In this document: positions 34,627 through 44,916 of the stretch, piece after piece
How the letters are laid out: every line of letters begins with the position of its first letter
Position numbering within the stretch: the first letter of the stretch is position 1
From: a virus
Lineage: Duplodnaviria > Caudoviricetes
Direction: 5' to 3' (one strand)
Virus record (IMG/VR): IMGVR_UViG_3300036845_000136
Location: 1-56,056 of that record
Length of the DNA: 56,056 bases
Position numbers and translations under genes: made by a program
The notes under the pieces: model-generated
Told to the model about the DNA's origin: nothing
What the model saw: the letters and a program-made list of their open reading frames with translations, nothing else
Database searches by the model: none

Positions 34627-37600
34627 TGGCGACGACCGTCATTGACGAAATTGTCACGATCTTCCGGATCAACGCGAAGCCAGCGGAAGAGGGCGCCAAC
34701 GATGTCGATCGCGCGGCTAGGCGCGCTGCTGAGGATGTAGCGAAGCACGCTGGCAATATCGAGCGCACCGCTAAGAGCGCGGCGGAGGGAATTTCCGGCA
34801 TGGGCCGGGCGTTCCTGGGCTTCCTTGGGATCACGGCATCGGCGGTCGGCCTAGAGCGGCTGATCGAGAATATCAGCAAGATTGACGCGGCGACCGGGCG
34901 GGCGGCGCAGCGGTTCGGCGTTTCGGTGCAGGACCTCAAGAGCTTCCAGGGCGCCGCCGAGGCATTAGGGGCATCTGCCGAGGATGTAGCGTCCGGCCTC
35001 GCTGGTATGCAGCAGAGCCTGTTCGCGTACCGGCAGAATGGCACGATGGATCAAACGATCCAGACAATTGCGCGGCTCGGACTGCACACAGAGGACGCGG
35101 CTGGCAAAGCCAAGAACGCGACCGAGATCTGGCAGGAGTTCGACGAGCAAGCCGCCAAGACGCATATGAGCATGACGGAGCGGATCGAGTGGAGCCGTCA
35201 GCTTGGTCGTTCGCCAGCGTTGACTATGGCGATGGAAGATCCGCGCTTCAAAGAGATACAGACGCGGCGGGCGCAGCTTAATCCGATCACTGATGCCGAT
35301 ACCGAGACAGCGCGGAAATGGCAAATCGCGCTGAGCGACATGCAGGCGGCCAGCGAGGGGCTCGGCCGCTCGATCGAAACCAAGCTGCTGCCGGTGTTCG
35401 GGCCGATCATCGACAAGCTGAACGACTGGATCGCGGCCAACAAGGAGTGGCTCGCCAACGATATCGCAAAGTTCCTTGATGATCTGATCAAGGACCTGAC
35501 GCCAATCGCCAAGCTTCTGAACGGCATCGCGCAAGCGATGGGCGGTTGGGAGACGGTGATCAAGCTGTTGGTCGAGGCGTGGGCCGGGATGAAGCTCCTG
35601 GCCTGGGGTGAAGCCCTGATCGGCTTTGCCCTCTCGATCGGACGGGTGACGGCGGCATTCATCGGCCTGGGAACGGCGGCGGCAGAGGCGGCGACGGCAG
35701 AGGAAGCGGCTCTCACGGCAGGGGCTGGCGCTGGCGTCAAGGGGGCTGCGGGCGCCGCTGCGGGCGCCGCTGCGGCGACGGGCGGCAAGGCCGCTGGCGC
35801 TGTAGGCGCTGCGGAGGCCGGAGCGGCAGAAGGGGCGAGCGTCGGGCTGCTGGCGAAGATCGGCGGCGCGTTCGCAATGCTTGGGACGGTGGTCAGTAAC
35901 ATCATCCCGGTGGCGCGCGCGGCGCTGATCACGCATCTCGTGCTTGAGGCGGCGGAGACGCAGTTCGACTTCTCCTCCTGGATCGATAAGCACATTCCGG
36001 GCGCGGCCAAGTTTGACGACTTCATGGCGCGCAAGACCGGCGCTGGCCGCACCTACAAGGAACAGCGCGAGGCGGCAGGCGAGCCGGAGACAGCCCCCGG
36101 CGCCTCCGCGCCAACCGCTGCAACGCCAGCCGCGCCCAGACACAGGATGCGCGGCGACCCGGAACCAGCCCCTGCGGCCGCGGCGCCGAGCGCACAGCCG
36201 GCACCGGCGTCTCCCGCTGGGCCGGAACGTCGCTCGATCTTGGACCGGGTGATGGGATGGCATCACACCTCCGCCACGGCCCCTGTGGCATCCACTGCGC
36301 CGTCCGGTCTCCTGGCAGGACCGGGAGCGCCCCCGGAGACCGCGCCAGCGCCACCGATGCCAGAGACGCGCGGCGACGTTGCGGCGATGATGCAAGGGGT
36401 GCAGGGCGCCAGCGGTGCGGCTCCTGCGCCGTCGTTGTGGCATCGGCTCGTCAGTGCGTTCACCGGCGCAACGCCAGAGGCCTCGCCAGAGGCAGCAGCG
36501 GCGTCGGCGGCGCGGGGCGAGGCCCCAAGTTCGCAGCAAGGTCCGCTCTCAGGGTCCACTGACACGACGACGGCAGGCACGCTCGCGCCAGCCCTGAAAG
36601 ACGCCCCATCGGATGATGCGGGAGGTGGCGATGCTGGCGGTGGCGGTGGCGGCACCGGGGGCGGCTTCTCGATATTGCACCCATCGACGTGGCTCGGCGG
36701 TGGGAGCGGCGGCGCGGGGGCCGGCACGCCGGCAGCTCCCCTCGGCCTAGCGCCGGTCCCGGCGGGACAACCGCCGCCGGTGATAGCGCAGCTTCCTGGT
36801 GACACGTCCTCGGGCGACTACGGCACGCGTGCGAACAATCCGGGCAACATGAATTATGCGTCGTGGCAAAAAGCGTCCGGCAGGTTTCAATATACCGACC
36901 CGCATACCGGCGGCGCGCACACCATGGCCGTCTACAACACGATGGAAGAAGGCGTTTCGGACACCTACAAACTGTTAGAGCGAAATCAGGCCCGACACGG
37001 GAAAACGCTCGCTGGTGCGCTGCAAGGCTGGGCTGAAAACTCATACACCGGCTCCCTTGCCAAGTCTCTCGGGATAGATCCAAACGCGCCGTTCGACATC
37101 GCTTCCGCTGATCCGAAAATTGTCGCGCAAATGCTGCAAGGCCAATTCAAGCGCGAAGGGCGACGCGGCTCCCGTACTGCAACAGAAGGCCAGATCCTCG
37201 AAGGCATCTCGTTAGCGCGTGGCAATGCCCAACGACCCGGCGGCGGGCTGGTGGCATCCGTCACACCGCCTCGGCCAACCGCGACAACGCCCGCCACGCC
37301 TCCAACGGCGCCGCCAGCGCCGCCAGTGCCCCCGGCTCAGACGGACGGCAGGCAGGCAAACGTCAATGCCGTCCTGCAAGGGATGCGGTCAGGCTCGTGG
37401 ACGCCCCCAGGCGTGCCCGCAATCACCGCGCCACCGATCGGCGCCGCGATGTCGGCCGATCGCCAACAGCAGGCGATGAACACGTCGAGCAGCATCAGCA
37501 ATGACAACTCGTCCGAAACCCATGTCGGGCAGATCCATGTGCACTCGGGCGCCACCGATGCCGCCGCCGTCGCCAAGGACATCAAGCTGCAAATGCAGAA

Positions 37601-37640
37601 GACCGCCTTCGTCAGCCATCACAACACGGGCCTCGCATGA
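34626..37640 (+). CDS. tape measure protein with C-terminal lysozyme-like domain
   Basis: Ala-rich helical N-terminal half with spaced Trp; RANNPGNM..YNTMEEG..WA segment at about 36830-37210. Confidence 0.85.
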   Translation: MATTVIDEIVTIFRINAKPAEEGANDVDRAARRAAEDVAKHAGNIERTAKSAAEGISGMGRAFLGFLGITASAVGLERLIENISKIDAATGRAAQRFGVSVQDLKSFQGAAEALGASAEDVASGLAGMQQSLFAYRQNGTMDQTIQTIARLGLHTEDAAGKAKNATEIWQEFDEQAAKTHMSMTERIEWSRQLGRSPALTMAMEDPRFKEIQTRRAQLNPITDADTETARKWQIALSDMQAASEGLGRSIETKLLPVFGPIIDKLNDWIAANKEWLANDIAKFLDDLIKDLTPIAKLLNGIAQAMGGWETVIKLLVEAWAGMKLLAWGEALIGFALSIGRVTAAFIGLGTAAAEAATAEEAALTAGAGAGVKGAAGAAAGAAAATGGKAAGAVGAAEAGAAEGASVGLLAKIGGAFAMLGTVVSNIIPVARAALITHLVLEAAETQFDFSSWIDKHIPGAAKFDDFMARKTGAGRTYKEQREAAGEPETAPGASAPTAATPAAPRHRMRGDPEPAPAAAAPSAQPAPASPAGPERRSILDRVMGWHHTSATAPVASTAPSGLLAGPGAPPETAPAPPMPETRGDVAAMMQGVQGASGAAPAPSLWHRLVSAFTGATPEASPEAAAASAARGEAPSSQQGPLSGSTDTTTAGTLAPALKDAPSDDAGGGDAGGGGGGTGGGFSILHPSTWLGGGSGGAGAGTPAAPLGLAPVPAGQPPPVIAQLPGDTSSGDYGTRANNPGNMNYASWQKASGRFQYTDPHTGGAHTMAVYNTMEEGVSDTYKLLERNQARHGKTLAGALQGWAENSYTGSLAKSLGIDPNAPFDIASADPKIVAQMLQGQFKREGRRGSRTATEGQILEGISLARGNAQRPGGGLVASVTPPRPTATTPATPPTAPPAPPVPPAQTDGRQANVNAVLQGMRSGSWTPPGVPAITAPPIGAAMSADRQQQAMNTSSSISNDNSSETHVGQIHVHSGATDAAAVAKDIKLQMQKTAFVSHHNTGLA

Positions 37641-38389
37641 CGCCGATCAGCGTTCCCTCGTATCCGCGGGTGCCGCGCTATCCTGGCGTCCCGGCATTGC
37701 GCGCGCCCATCGACGACGCGCTTAGCTCTATCTCTTCGTTCGCGTTGCTGTCAGGCGACATCGTGGGCTTCCTGGGGGCCAATCTGTTCGCCGGACCACA
37801 ATGGGGCATCTTCGCCATGGATGGCTCGCCGGTCGCGGTGGCTGACTCGGTGGTCGCGGTGGACTTCCGCCATGAGACCCGGATCAGCGACTACCCGACT
37901 GAACAGGGCGGATTCGCCAGCTACAACAAGGTTCAGGTGCCCTACGATGCGCGGGTTCGCTTTGCCATCGGCAGCGGCACACTGACGGACACAGCGAAGT
38001 TCCGCCGCACCGCGTTCTTGCAGAACATCGAACGCGCGGTGCTGTCGCTCGATCTCTACGTGGTGGCGACACCAGAGCAAAGCTACGGCAACGCCAATCT
38101 GGTGCACTACGATTATCGCCGCGAGGCAAAGGCGGGGATCAACCTGCTTTTGGTCGAAGTGTGGCTGCAAGAGGTGCGGATCACCGCGAATGCTTCCTTT
38201 GCCAACACTGCGGCTGCGAGCAGTCAGGCGGCCGTATCGGGCGGTGCGGTTCAGCCGGTCACAACATCACCAACGCCAGTGACGGCGCCGCCTTTGATGC
38301 CGACACTGGCCACGTCGTCGCCGCCGCCCTTGGTAGCGTCAGCCGTGCCGCCGAACATGCCGTTCTTTGGCGACGGCTCGTTGCTCTGA
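37637..38389 (+). CDS. baseplate / distal tail (Dit-like) protein
   Basis: QWGIF, ISDYP.EQG.FASYNKV..P, V.TPE. Confidence 0.75.
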   Translation: MTPISVPSYPRVPRYPGVPALRAPIDDALSSISSFALLSGDIVGFLGANLFAGPQWGIFAMDGSPVAVADSVVAVDFRHETRISDYPTEQGGFASYNKVQVPYDARVRFAIGSGTLTDTAKFRRTAFLQNIERAVLSLDLYVVATPEQSYGNANLVHYDYRREAKAGINLLLVEVWLQEVRITANASFANTAAASSQAAVSGGAVQPVTTSPTPVTAPPLMPTLATSSPPPLVASAVPPNMPFFGDGSLL

Positions 38390-38682
38390 TGCTGCGCCAG
38401 ATCATCCCTGTTCAGACGGTGCCGGCGCAGACCTTCAACATCGTGCTGAACGACCAGCACTGCCGGATCAACATCTACACGCGCACCACGGGTCTCTACG
38501 TCGATATCGGCCGAGACAATGTGCTGATAATCGGCGGCGTGCTGGCGCACGACCGCAACTGGATCGTGCGCGAGGCGTATTTCGGCTTCCTTGGTGATAT
38601 CGCGTTCTGGGATACCCAAGGCATCAATGATCCTGAGTGGCAGGGACTTAATACCCGCTACTACCTTGGTTACTGGGCTTGA
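38389..38682 (+). CDS. baseplate plug-like protein
   Basis: TGATG coupling; VPAQTF.I.LN.Q.C, Y.GF.GD.AF.DTQG..DP. Confidence 0.75.
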   Translation: MLRQIIPVQTVPAQTFNIVLNDQHCRINIYTRTTGLYVDIGRDNVLIIGGVLAHDRNWIVREAYFGFLGDIAFWDTQGINDPEWQGLNTRYYLGYWA

Positions 38683-39599
38683 GCGACTTCGACGCGGCTG
38701 GGCTGCCGCTCGGCACCGCGCTGGCGGCGCCCTCGGCAGTCTATGTCAAACGGCGCATCGATGTCTCATTCATCCTGAACGCTGCCAGCGGCACATTCGG
38801 TGGCAGCGACTCCCTGACGCTCTCGGGCTTTCGCTGTTCGCTGACGATGGTCAAGGCGATCGGCGCGATGACCGAACTCCATTTGCGCATCTGGGGCATG
38901 ACGCTGGCGCAGATGGATCAACTCGCCACGCTGAACACATTACCGGATGCGCAGAACGCCAACTTCATCATCGTGCAGGCAGGGGACAACGTGAATGGCA
39001 TCACGACGGTCTTCCAGGGCAACGTGAAAAGCGCGGTGTTCGACGGCAAGGCACAGCCGCAGGTCGCCTACCAGATCCTTGCCATCGGGGCGCTGGTCTC
39101 TGCCATGAAGCCGGTGCCGCCAATCAGCCTGCGCGGCCCGGTGGATGTCGGACAGGCGATGCAGACCTGCGCCGGCGCTATGGGATGCTCGCTGGAGAAC
39201 AATGGGGTCAACGTGCAATTGCCGACCAGCTACTGGCCGGGCACGACATGGATGCAAACCCGGGCGATAGCGCGGTCTGCCGGTATCGAGTTTATCCAGG
39301 ACGACGCCACCCAGACGCTGGCCATCTGGCCGCGCGGGCAGGGCCGCGCTGGCGCCGAGCCGGTGATCACGCCGGCCCCGGGCGGAACGGTCGCTTATCC
39401 AACATTTGCGGCACCTAATTTGAATGTCACGACACTGTTCAACCCGGCAATCATTGCGGGCGGCTTTGTGCGTGTGGTGTCGCAGATCAAACTCGGCCCA
39501 GAGCGCTGGAGGATCTTCAAGATCACTTACGTCCTTGAGTCTGAACTGCCCGGCGGTAGCTGGTTCCAGTTCCTCGAAATGAACACGATCCTCCACTAG
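38679..39599 (+). CDS. baseplate hub protein
   Basis: IWGMT, AGD....TVFQG, ENNGV, YP, FNP.I..GG; position. Confidence 0.75.
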   Translation: MSDFDAAGLPLGTALAAPSAVYVKRRIDVSFILNAASGTFGGSDSLTLSGFRCSLTMVKAIGAMTELHLRIWGMTLAQMDQLATLNTLPDAQNANFIIVQAGDNVNGITTVFQGNVKSAVFDGKAQPQVAYQILAIGALVSAMKPVPPISLRGPVDVGQAMQTCAGAMGCSLENNGVNVQLPTSYWPGTTWMQTRAIARSAGIEFIQDDATQTLAIWPRGQGRAGAEPVITPAPGGTVAYPTFAAPNLNVTTLFNPAIIAGGFVRVVSQIKLGPERWRIFKITYVLESELPGGSWFQFLEMNTILH

Positions 39600-39600
39600 C

Positions 39601-40182
39601 ATGTCGGGAACGGTTTATAAGGGCTTTGCCTCGGTCACCGCGACGACCAACGAGGCGGAGGGGCTCGAGTTCGTCGCCGATCAGGCGATCAGCCGCATGG
39701 CGACGGCGACGGTGGTCAAGATCGTCGGCATCGACGGCGGCAAGGGCGCGGTCGCGGCTCCCGGCCGGGTGCATGTCCAGCCGATGGTCAAACAGGTCGA
39801 TGGCGACGGCAAGAACCCGATGGATCACGGCACGATCTGGGATCTACCCTATCATCGCCAGGGCGGCGGGACGGATGCGATCATAGCCGATCCCAAGGTC
39901 GGCGATATCGGTATCGTGGTGCATTCATCGCGCGATATCTCTGGCGTGAAAGCGAACCGCGACGCCTCGGTTCCGGGCTCGATGCGGCGCTACGATCATG
40001 CCGACGGCATCTATGTCGGCCAATGTCTGAACCTGACGCCGGAGGCTTACCTGCGGTTTTCAGATACCGGGATCGAGTTGGTATCGCCAATCGAGGTCAG
40101 GATTACGTCTCCGAAGATCACCCTTACTGCCACTGAAAACGTGTCCATTAACGCGCCGGAAATCGACCTTAACAAATCGTAA
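39601..40182 (+). CDS. baseplate spike (gpV/Gp138-like) protein
   Basis: VQPMV.QVDG, PY.R.GGG, DPKVGDIG, RDIS.VK, PGS.R. Confidence 0.8.
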   Translation: MSGTVYKGFASVTATTNEAEGLEFVADQAISRMATATVVKIVGIDGGKGAVAAPGRVHVQPMVKQVDGDGKNPMDHGTIWDLPYHRQGGGTDAIIADPKVGDIGIVVHSSRDISGVKANRDASVPGSMRRYDHADGIYVGQCLNLTPEAYLRFSDTGIELVSPIEVRITSPKITLTATENVSINAPEIDLNKS

Positions 40183-40200
40183 AGGTCAGTGTAAAAATAC

Positions 40201-40242
40201 GGGATCAGTAGGCGCTGCAAACGCCGACTGATCCCTGACCAC
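40201..40242 (+). promoter_or_regulatory. leader hairpin plus TGACCAC (copy B)
   Basis: GGGATCAGT/ACTGATCCC stem, inner GGCG-CTGCAAA-CGCC, then TGACCAC; TAAAAT just upstream. Confidence 0.7.
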
Positions 40243-40264
40243 TCGAAGCCTGATAGGGGCTGGA

Positions 40265-40813
40265 ATGGCTGATCATATGATAATCCGCACCCGCGCGGAG
40301 GCGAAGTCCGCTGGTCTGAAGCGGTTCTTTACTGGCATCCCGTGCAACCACGGTCACGTCTGTGAACGCTGGGTTAGCACGAAGGGTTGTCTGGAGTGTT
40401 TGAGTAACCGAAACGCATCACCCAGCGGGAGGGCTTGGTATCGCGCGCATTATCGAACACCAGCGCAGATCGCTAAGCGACAGACAGATGATCATAAGGC
40501 CAAGCGCAGGAAGCTGGAGTCCGGTCGGTGGCCGTTGCGGAAAGGGCCAGCGAGAGAGCGGCTTCTGAGGAACAAGTATGGCCTGACGGTCGATCAACTG
40601 GACCAGATGAGGCTTCAACAAAATAACTGCTGCAAAATCTGTTCGGTGCAATTCCCTTCTGATCGTTGGCACAAAAGCTCTATGCACGTCGATCATTGTC
40701 ATTCAACAGGAAAAGTTCGTGGTTTGTTGTGCCGTGAATGCAACCAGGGCATCGGAAAATTCCGCGATAGTCCTGACTTACTTCGCTTGGCGATTCTCTA
40801 TCTGGAGGGCTGA
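40265..40813 (+). CDS. endonuclease VII-family homing endonuclease
   Basis: FFTG.PC..GH...R, YGLT..Q...Q..CC.IC, VDHCH.TGKVRGLLC..CN.GIG.F.D. Confidence 0.88.
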   Translation: MADHMIIRTRAEAKSAGLKRFFTGIPCNHGHVCERWVSTKGCLECLSNRNASPSGRAWYRAHYRTPAQIAKRQTDDHKAKRRKLESGRWPLRKGPARERLLRNKYGLTVDQLDQMRLQQNNCCKICSVQFPSDRWHKSSMHVDHCHSTGKVRGLLCRECNQGIGKFRDSPDLLRLAILYLEG

Positions 40814-40817
40814 ACGC

Positions 40818-41093
40818 ATGGCAGGTCTCTCTGTGGCGCGGCTTGGCGATCCTTCCGACCATGGCGGCAACATCGTCAGCGCTTCCTCTGATGTGACCGC
40901 CAACGGCATTGGCGTAGCCCGCCAGGGCGATATGCATTTCTGCCCGATCCCCGGTCACGGCACCACGCCACTGCACAAAGCCACCGGGACCACCAACTGG
41001 ACGGTCGACGGACGCGCCGGGATGAATGTCGGCGATCAGGCGGCATGCGGCGCCTCGATCAGTGCCGGCTCGCCCAACGTGTTCGCGAACTAA
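40818..41093 (+). CDS. PAAR domain spike-tip protein
   Basis: VARLGDPSDHGG, ARQGD.H.CP..GHG, GD..ACGA.I..GS.NV. Confidence 0.85.
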   Translation: MAGLSVARLGDPSDHGGNIVSASSDVTANGIGVARQGDMHFCPIPGHGTTPLHKATGTTNWTVDGRAGMNVGDQAACGASISAGSPNVFAN

Positions 41094-41098
41094 ACCCC

Positions 41099-42535
41099 AT
41101 GTCAGGCACGACAGCAGTACCCGCCCCTACGCTGGGGCCGAACGGCTTTATCATCCCCACGGACTCGCAAGTTCTTGCCGGCGTACAGAGCGACATCAAT
41201 AACTGTTTTGGGGGTAATCTTAACCCGGCGCTGGAAACCCCGCAGGGGCAGCTTGCGACGACCGAAACGGCAATCATCACCGACAAGAACGACCAGTTCC
41301 TGTTCCTGTCTCAGATGTGCGATCCGGCTTATGCGCAAGGCCGCTATCAGGATGCGCTGGCACGGATCTACTTCATCACCCGAAACCCCGCCGAGCCGAC
41401 GGTGGTCGATTGCCTATGCACCGGACTTGGTAATGTGGTGATCCCGGCTGGCACGCAGGCGACGGACGGCCAGGGCAACTTCTACATTGCGCGCAACACG
41501 GGAACGATAAGCCCGGCGACCGGCAATGTGCTGATTGAATTTGCCAACACGACGTATGGCCCGATCGCATGTCCGGCCAATTCGGTGACGACGGTCTATC
41601 AGGTCATCCCTGGATGGGACTCGATCACCAACCCGCTTGACGGGATAGTCGGCAGCGACGTTGAAAGCCGCACGGCATTCGAGCTTCGCCGTCAGCAGAG
41701 TGTGGCGAACAACAGCATCGGCCAACTGCCGTCGATCATTGGCGCCGTGCTGGCGGTTCCTGGCGTATTGGATGCCTACGTGACGGAGAACTGGACTGCG
41801 GCCCCCTTGACGGTCGGCGGCGTCACTCTGGTGCCGCACAGCATTTATGTCGCGGTGGCGGGCGGCACCAACATCGATATCGCGACCGCGATCTGGGCGA
41901 AGAAAAGCACCGGCAGCAACTACAACGGCAACACCACGGTGACGGTGCAGGACACCAGCGCGTGGTATTCCACGCCGTATCCGAGCTACCCGGTGACGTT
42001 CCAACGCCCGGCGCAGATCGAGATCGCTTTCAGCGTGGTGATCCAGCAGAACCAGAACATCCCGTTCGACGCATTGACGCAAATCCAGAATGCGATCCTG
42101 GCGGCATTCGCCGGCACTGACGGCGGCCCGCGCGCGCGTATCGGCCAGCCAGTGCTGGCGTCGCGCTATTACTGCGCGGTGACCGGCCTCGGACAATGGG
42201 CGCAATTGTTGACCCTGACGGTCGGCGCGACGGGCAGCGATGCCACCAGCTTCACCGGCACGATCGGCGGGCTGACATTGACAGTGAGCGCGATCCCGGC
42301 GGGCGGGCATATCAAGGTGGATGATCTGATCGAGGGTCCTGGCGTGCAGCCGGCCACCTTCGTGACCGGGCTGGGCACGGGAACCGGCGGGGTGGGAACC
42401 TACAGCATCGGAGTATCGCAACTCGTGAGCATCACGACGATGAGCGCCACCAGCTTCGACATCGAAGTGCCGATGACGCTTGCCCAAATTCCGGTCTGCT
42501 CTGCCAACGATATTAACCTGACGATCACGCCCTGA
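41099..42535 (+). CDS. baseplate J/gp47-family protein with inserted beta domain
   Basis: TPQGQLA, DP..AQGR.QDAL, ESR..FE.RR, V.GVLDAYV.EN, PHSIYVAV.GG. Confidence 0.88.
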   Translation: MSGTTAVPAPTLGPNGFIIPTDSQVLAGVQSDINNCFGGNLNPALETPQGQLATTETAIITDKNDQFLFLSQMCDPAYAQGRYQDALARIYFITRNPAEPTVVDCLCTGLGNVVIPAGTQATDGQGNFYIARNTGTISPATGNVLIEFANTTYGPIACPANSVTTVYQVIPGWDSITNPLDGIVGSDVESRTAFELRRQQSVANNSIGQLPSIIGAVLAVPGVLDAYVTENWTAAPLTVGGVTLVPHSIYVAVAGGTNIDIATAIWAKKSTGSNYNGNTTVTVQDTSAWYSTPYPSYPVTFQRPAQIEIAFSVVIQQNQNIPFDALTQIQNAILAAFAGTDGGPRARIGQPVLASRYYCAVTGLGQWAQLLTLTVGATGSDATSFTGTIGGLTLTVSAIPAGGHIKVDDLIEGPGVQPATFVTGLGTGTGGVGTYSIGVSQLVSITTMSATSFDIEVPMTLAQIPVCSANDINLTITP

Positions 42536-43107
42536 TGGACGACTACCTCAAGACGGTCATATCGCAGTATTTCGATAGCACAACTATACGGGCATTATTG
42601 GAAGCATTCAACCAGTGGAAGTCGCCGCAGCCCAGCATCGAGTTGCTTTACAACGGCGTGCTGAACCTCGACACCGCGCGCGGCTATGGCCTCGATCGCT
42701 GGGGCCGCATCGTCGGCGTCGGTCGCGTGTTCAACGTGGCGGCGGGAACGTTCTTTGGCTTCGCCGAGGCTCAGGACATCGCGGAGAGCCCGTTCAACAA
42801 CGACGGCTGCTTCTGGTCCGGCGGCCCGACGACGGTGCCAACGCTGCTGTCCGACAACGGGTTCCTGACCCTGATACTGGCGAAGGCGATGGCGAACATC
42901 ACCGACGGCTCCACCGCGAGCTACAATCAAATCCTGATGGCGCTGTTTGGTGATCTCGGCCCGTGCTTCGTGGTCGATGGTCTCGACATGACGGGGCAGT
43001 ATCGCTTTCTCGGCTTTTTCCTGCCGCCGCTGGAGAGCGCGGTGTTTTACCAGAGCGGCGTGATTCCTCATCCAGCGGGCGTGCAGATGACCGTTGTGGA
43101 GGGCTAA
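42535..43107 (+). CDS. DUF2612 baseplate protein
   Basis: ISQY..S, LDTA.GYGLD.WGRIVG, LILAKA.ANI, P.PAGV. Confidence 0.85.
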   Translation: MDDYLKTVISQYFDSTTIRALLEAFNQWKSPQPSIELLYNGVLNLDTARGYGLDRWGRIVGVGRVFNVAAGTFFGFAEAQDIAESPFNNDGCFWSGGPTTVPTLLSDNGFLTLILAKAMANITDGSTASYNQILMALFGDLGPCFVVDGLDMTGQYRFLGFFLPPLESAVFYQSGVIPHPAGVQMTVVEG

Positions 43108-43137
43108 CGGCGGCGACGTGGCAAACCGGAGGTCTGT

Positions 43138-43581
43138 ATGCAAACCAGCAATATACCGCAGAAGTACGACATGCCATTTGGTGCGAACGCCGGAGTTGGG
43201 CAGATCAGACCAATACCGACAGCATCACAGATAGGTTTGCAACTCGGCGCAGCCTCGCTGAACGACGGCTACCCGCCAGCTTGTTTCGTCCCAATAGCGG
43301 CCGGAGGTTCGTGGCCGTTCGGGCAAGACACGCAACGCATGTTCAACTGGGAAAGTCAGTGGTCGCAGTGGTTCAGCGCGGGCGGTCCAGCAATCTATGA
43401 CGCGGCGTGGCAAGTGACGATCGGCGGCTATCCGCGCCACGCAATCGTCCGCGATGTGTCGGGTGACCCGCAGTGGCGTAGCACCACTGAGAACAATATG
43501 ACGGCGCCGAGCTTTACCGCGGCGACATGGCAGAAGTATCCGATCCAAGATGCAATGATTTTGTTCGCCGCGTGTTGCTAG
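43138..43581 (+). CDS. tail fibre N-terminal / baseplate-anchoring protein
   Basis: PF, IP..S, AS..DGYPP, AGG..P.G.D, IGGYP, W.ST..NN. Confidence 0.7.
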   Translation: MQTSNIPQKYDMPFGANAGVGQIRPIPTASQIGLQLGAASLNDGYPPACFVPIAAGGSWPFGQDTQRMFNWESQWSQWFSAGGPAIYDAAWQVTIGGYPRHAIVRDVSGDPQWRSTTENNMTAPSFTAATWQKYPIQDAMILFAACC

Positions 43582-43596
43582 ATGGGGGAAGAATGA

Positions 43597-43920
43597 ATGG
43601 CCTTCACGGCAGCAAAATACAGCGCGGCGCTCGCGTCGGGCGCGCTGACCGACATAACGGGCGGCGGCGTCGCGATCGGCGGCACCTATTTGCTGACGGT
43701 TTCCAATGGCACCGGGACCAATAATACCATCTCGATTGCGATAACGACCGGAGCGGCGCCGGTGCCGGCGGATTACGTTGAACAGAACACCACGGTCGAC
43801 GGGATGGGAACCGGCGGCATTCTTTCGCGCTGGCCGATACCGCTCAATCAGGGATGGCGGGTTTACGCCCAGGCTGGTTCGGCCGGCCTGAGCATCACCC
43901 TCTTGGGAGCCACGTCATAA
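43597..43920 (+). CDS. small beta-rich tail-associated protein
   Basis: 107 aa, coupled to the next gene. Confidence 0.55.
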   Translation: MAFTAAKYSAALASGALTDITGGGVAIGGTYLLTVSNGTGTNNTISIAITTGAAPVPADYVEQNTTVDGMGTGGILSRWPIPLNQGWRVYAQAGSAGLSITLLGATS

Positions 43921-44912
43921 TGGTGCAGCGGATTAGCACCGCGAGCGATGCGGCGCACGGCGGGAGCGGTGGCGGCAATACGCCGTCTGGCGGTTATGGC
44001 AACGGGCAAACGGCGGTGTTCGGCAACGGACAGTTTCAATCGTTCCTGTCGTCGTCGAGCTTTACGGTGCCGCCGGGTATCACAACGATCAGGGCGCGCG
44101 TCGTGGGGGCGGGCGGACCGACGGCGAACAGTACATCTGGCTATGGTCTGGCCGGCGGTGGTGGCGGTGAGTTCGCCATGGGCATCTTTACGGTCACGCC
44201 AGCGCAGGTGATCCCGGTCACCGTTGGCGCCGGGACCAGCAGCGTAGGAGCATTGATCTCGGCGCTTCCTGGCCTGGGTGGTGTGGTGCCGTCGAACAAC
44301 GTTGCGCCGGGTGGCGCTGGCGGAACGGGTGGGACCGGCGGCTCAATGCGTTACCCCGGCGGCGCGGGGGGGTCTGCGTCCGGAACGACCAACGGCGGAC
44401 AGAATGCAGGTGGAGGCGGCGCCGCCAGTCAGTTGGGAACTGGCGGAAGAGGCGGTGCAGGCAGTCCCAACGGTGCCGGCGGCGGTGGCGCCGGGTATGC
44501 TGGTGGCACTGCTGGCGGCGGCGGAGGATCACCGTTTGGTCCTGGGAATGATACCGGTGCCGGTGGTCCTGATGGTCTTGGCGTAAGAGCGGCCGGTGGC
44601 ACCGCTGCGAATGGCGCCCCTGGCACGCTGCGAACTGGACCCACCCCGAGATTTACCGGCGATACGTTGTCCGGTGGCGGCGGGGGCGGATGCACCGCGA
44701 ACTCCGGGTCACCGACCGGCGGTAATGGCGGTGATGGCAGTGGCGGCGGTGGCGGTGGCGGCAGCGGCACGGTCAACGGCGCTGGCGGCAATGGCGGTAT
44801 CTTCGGCGGCGGTGGTGGCGGCTACGGCGGCAACGCCAATGGCGGCATCGGTGGCGGCGCCTCGGGTATTGGCGGCTCCGCTGGCGCGGGGATGGCAGTA
44901 ATCGAATGGTGA
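43920..44912 (+). CDS. glycine-rich tail-associated protein
   Basis: FTVPPGIT.I...VGAGG..GGGGG, many GG repeats, C-terminal G.AVIEW. Confidence 0.75.
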   Translation: MVQRISTASDAAHGGSGGGNTPSGGYGNGQTAVFGNGQFQSFLSSSSFTVPPGITTIRARVVGAGGPTANSTSGYGLAGGGGGEFAMGIFTVTPAQVIPVTVGAGTSSVGALISALPGLGGVVPSNNVAPGGAGGTGGTGGSMRYPGGAGGSASGTTNGGQNAGGGGAASQLGTGGRGGAGSPNGAGGGGAGYAGGTAGGGGGSPFGPGNDTGAGGPDGLGVRAAGGTAANGAPGTLRTGPTPRFTGDTLSGGGGGGCTANSGSPTGGNGGDGSGGGGGGGSGTVNGAGGNGGIFGGGGGGYGGNANGGIGGGASGIGGSAGAGMAVIEW

Positions 44913-44916
44913 AATC

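Noticed and set aside
34965-36539. 524-aa ORF on the minus strand
   Set aside because: Antisense shadow of the GC-rich tape measure gene; Arg-rich composition with no domain motifs.
41414-42487. 357-aa ORF on the minus strand
   Set aside because: Shadow of baseplate J.
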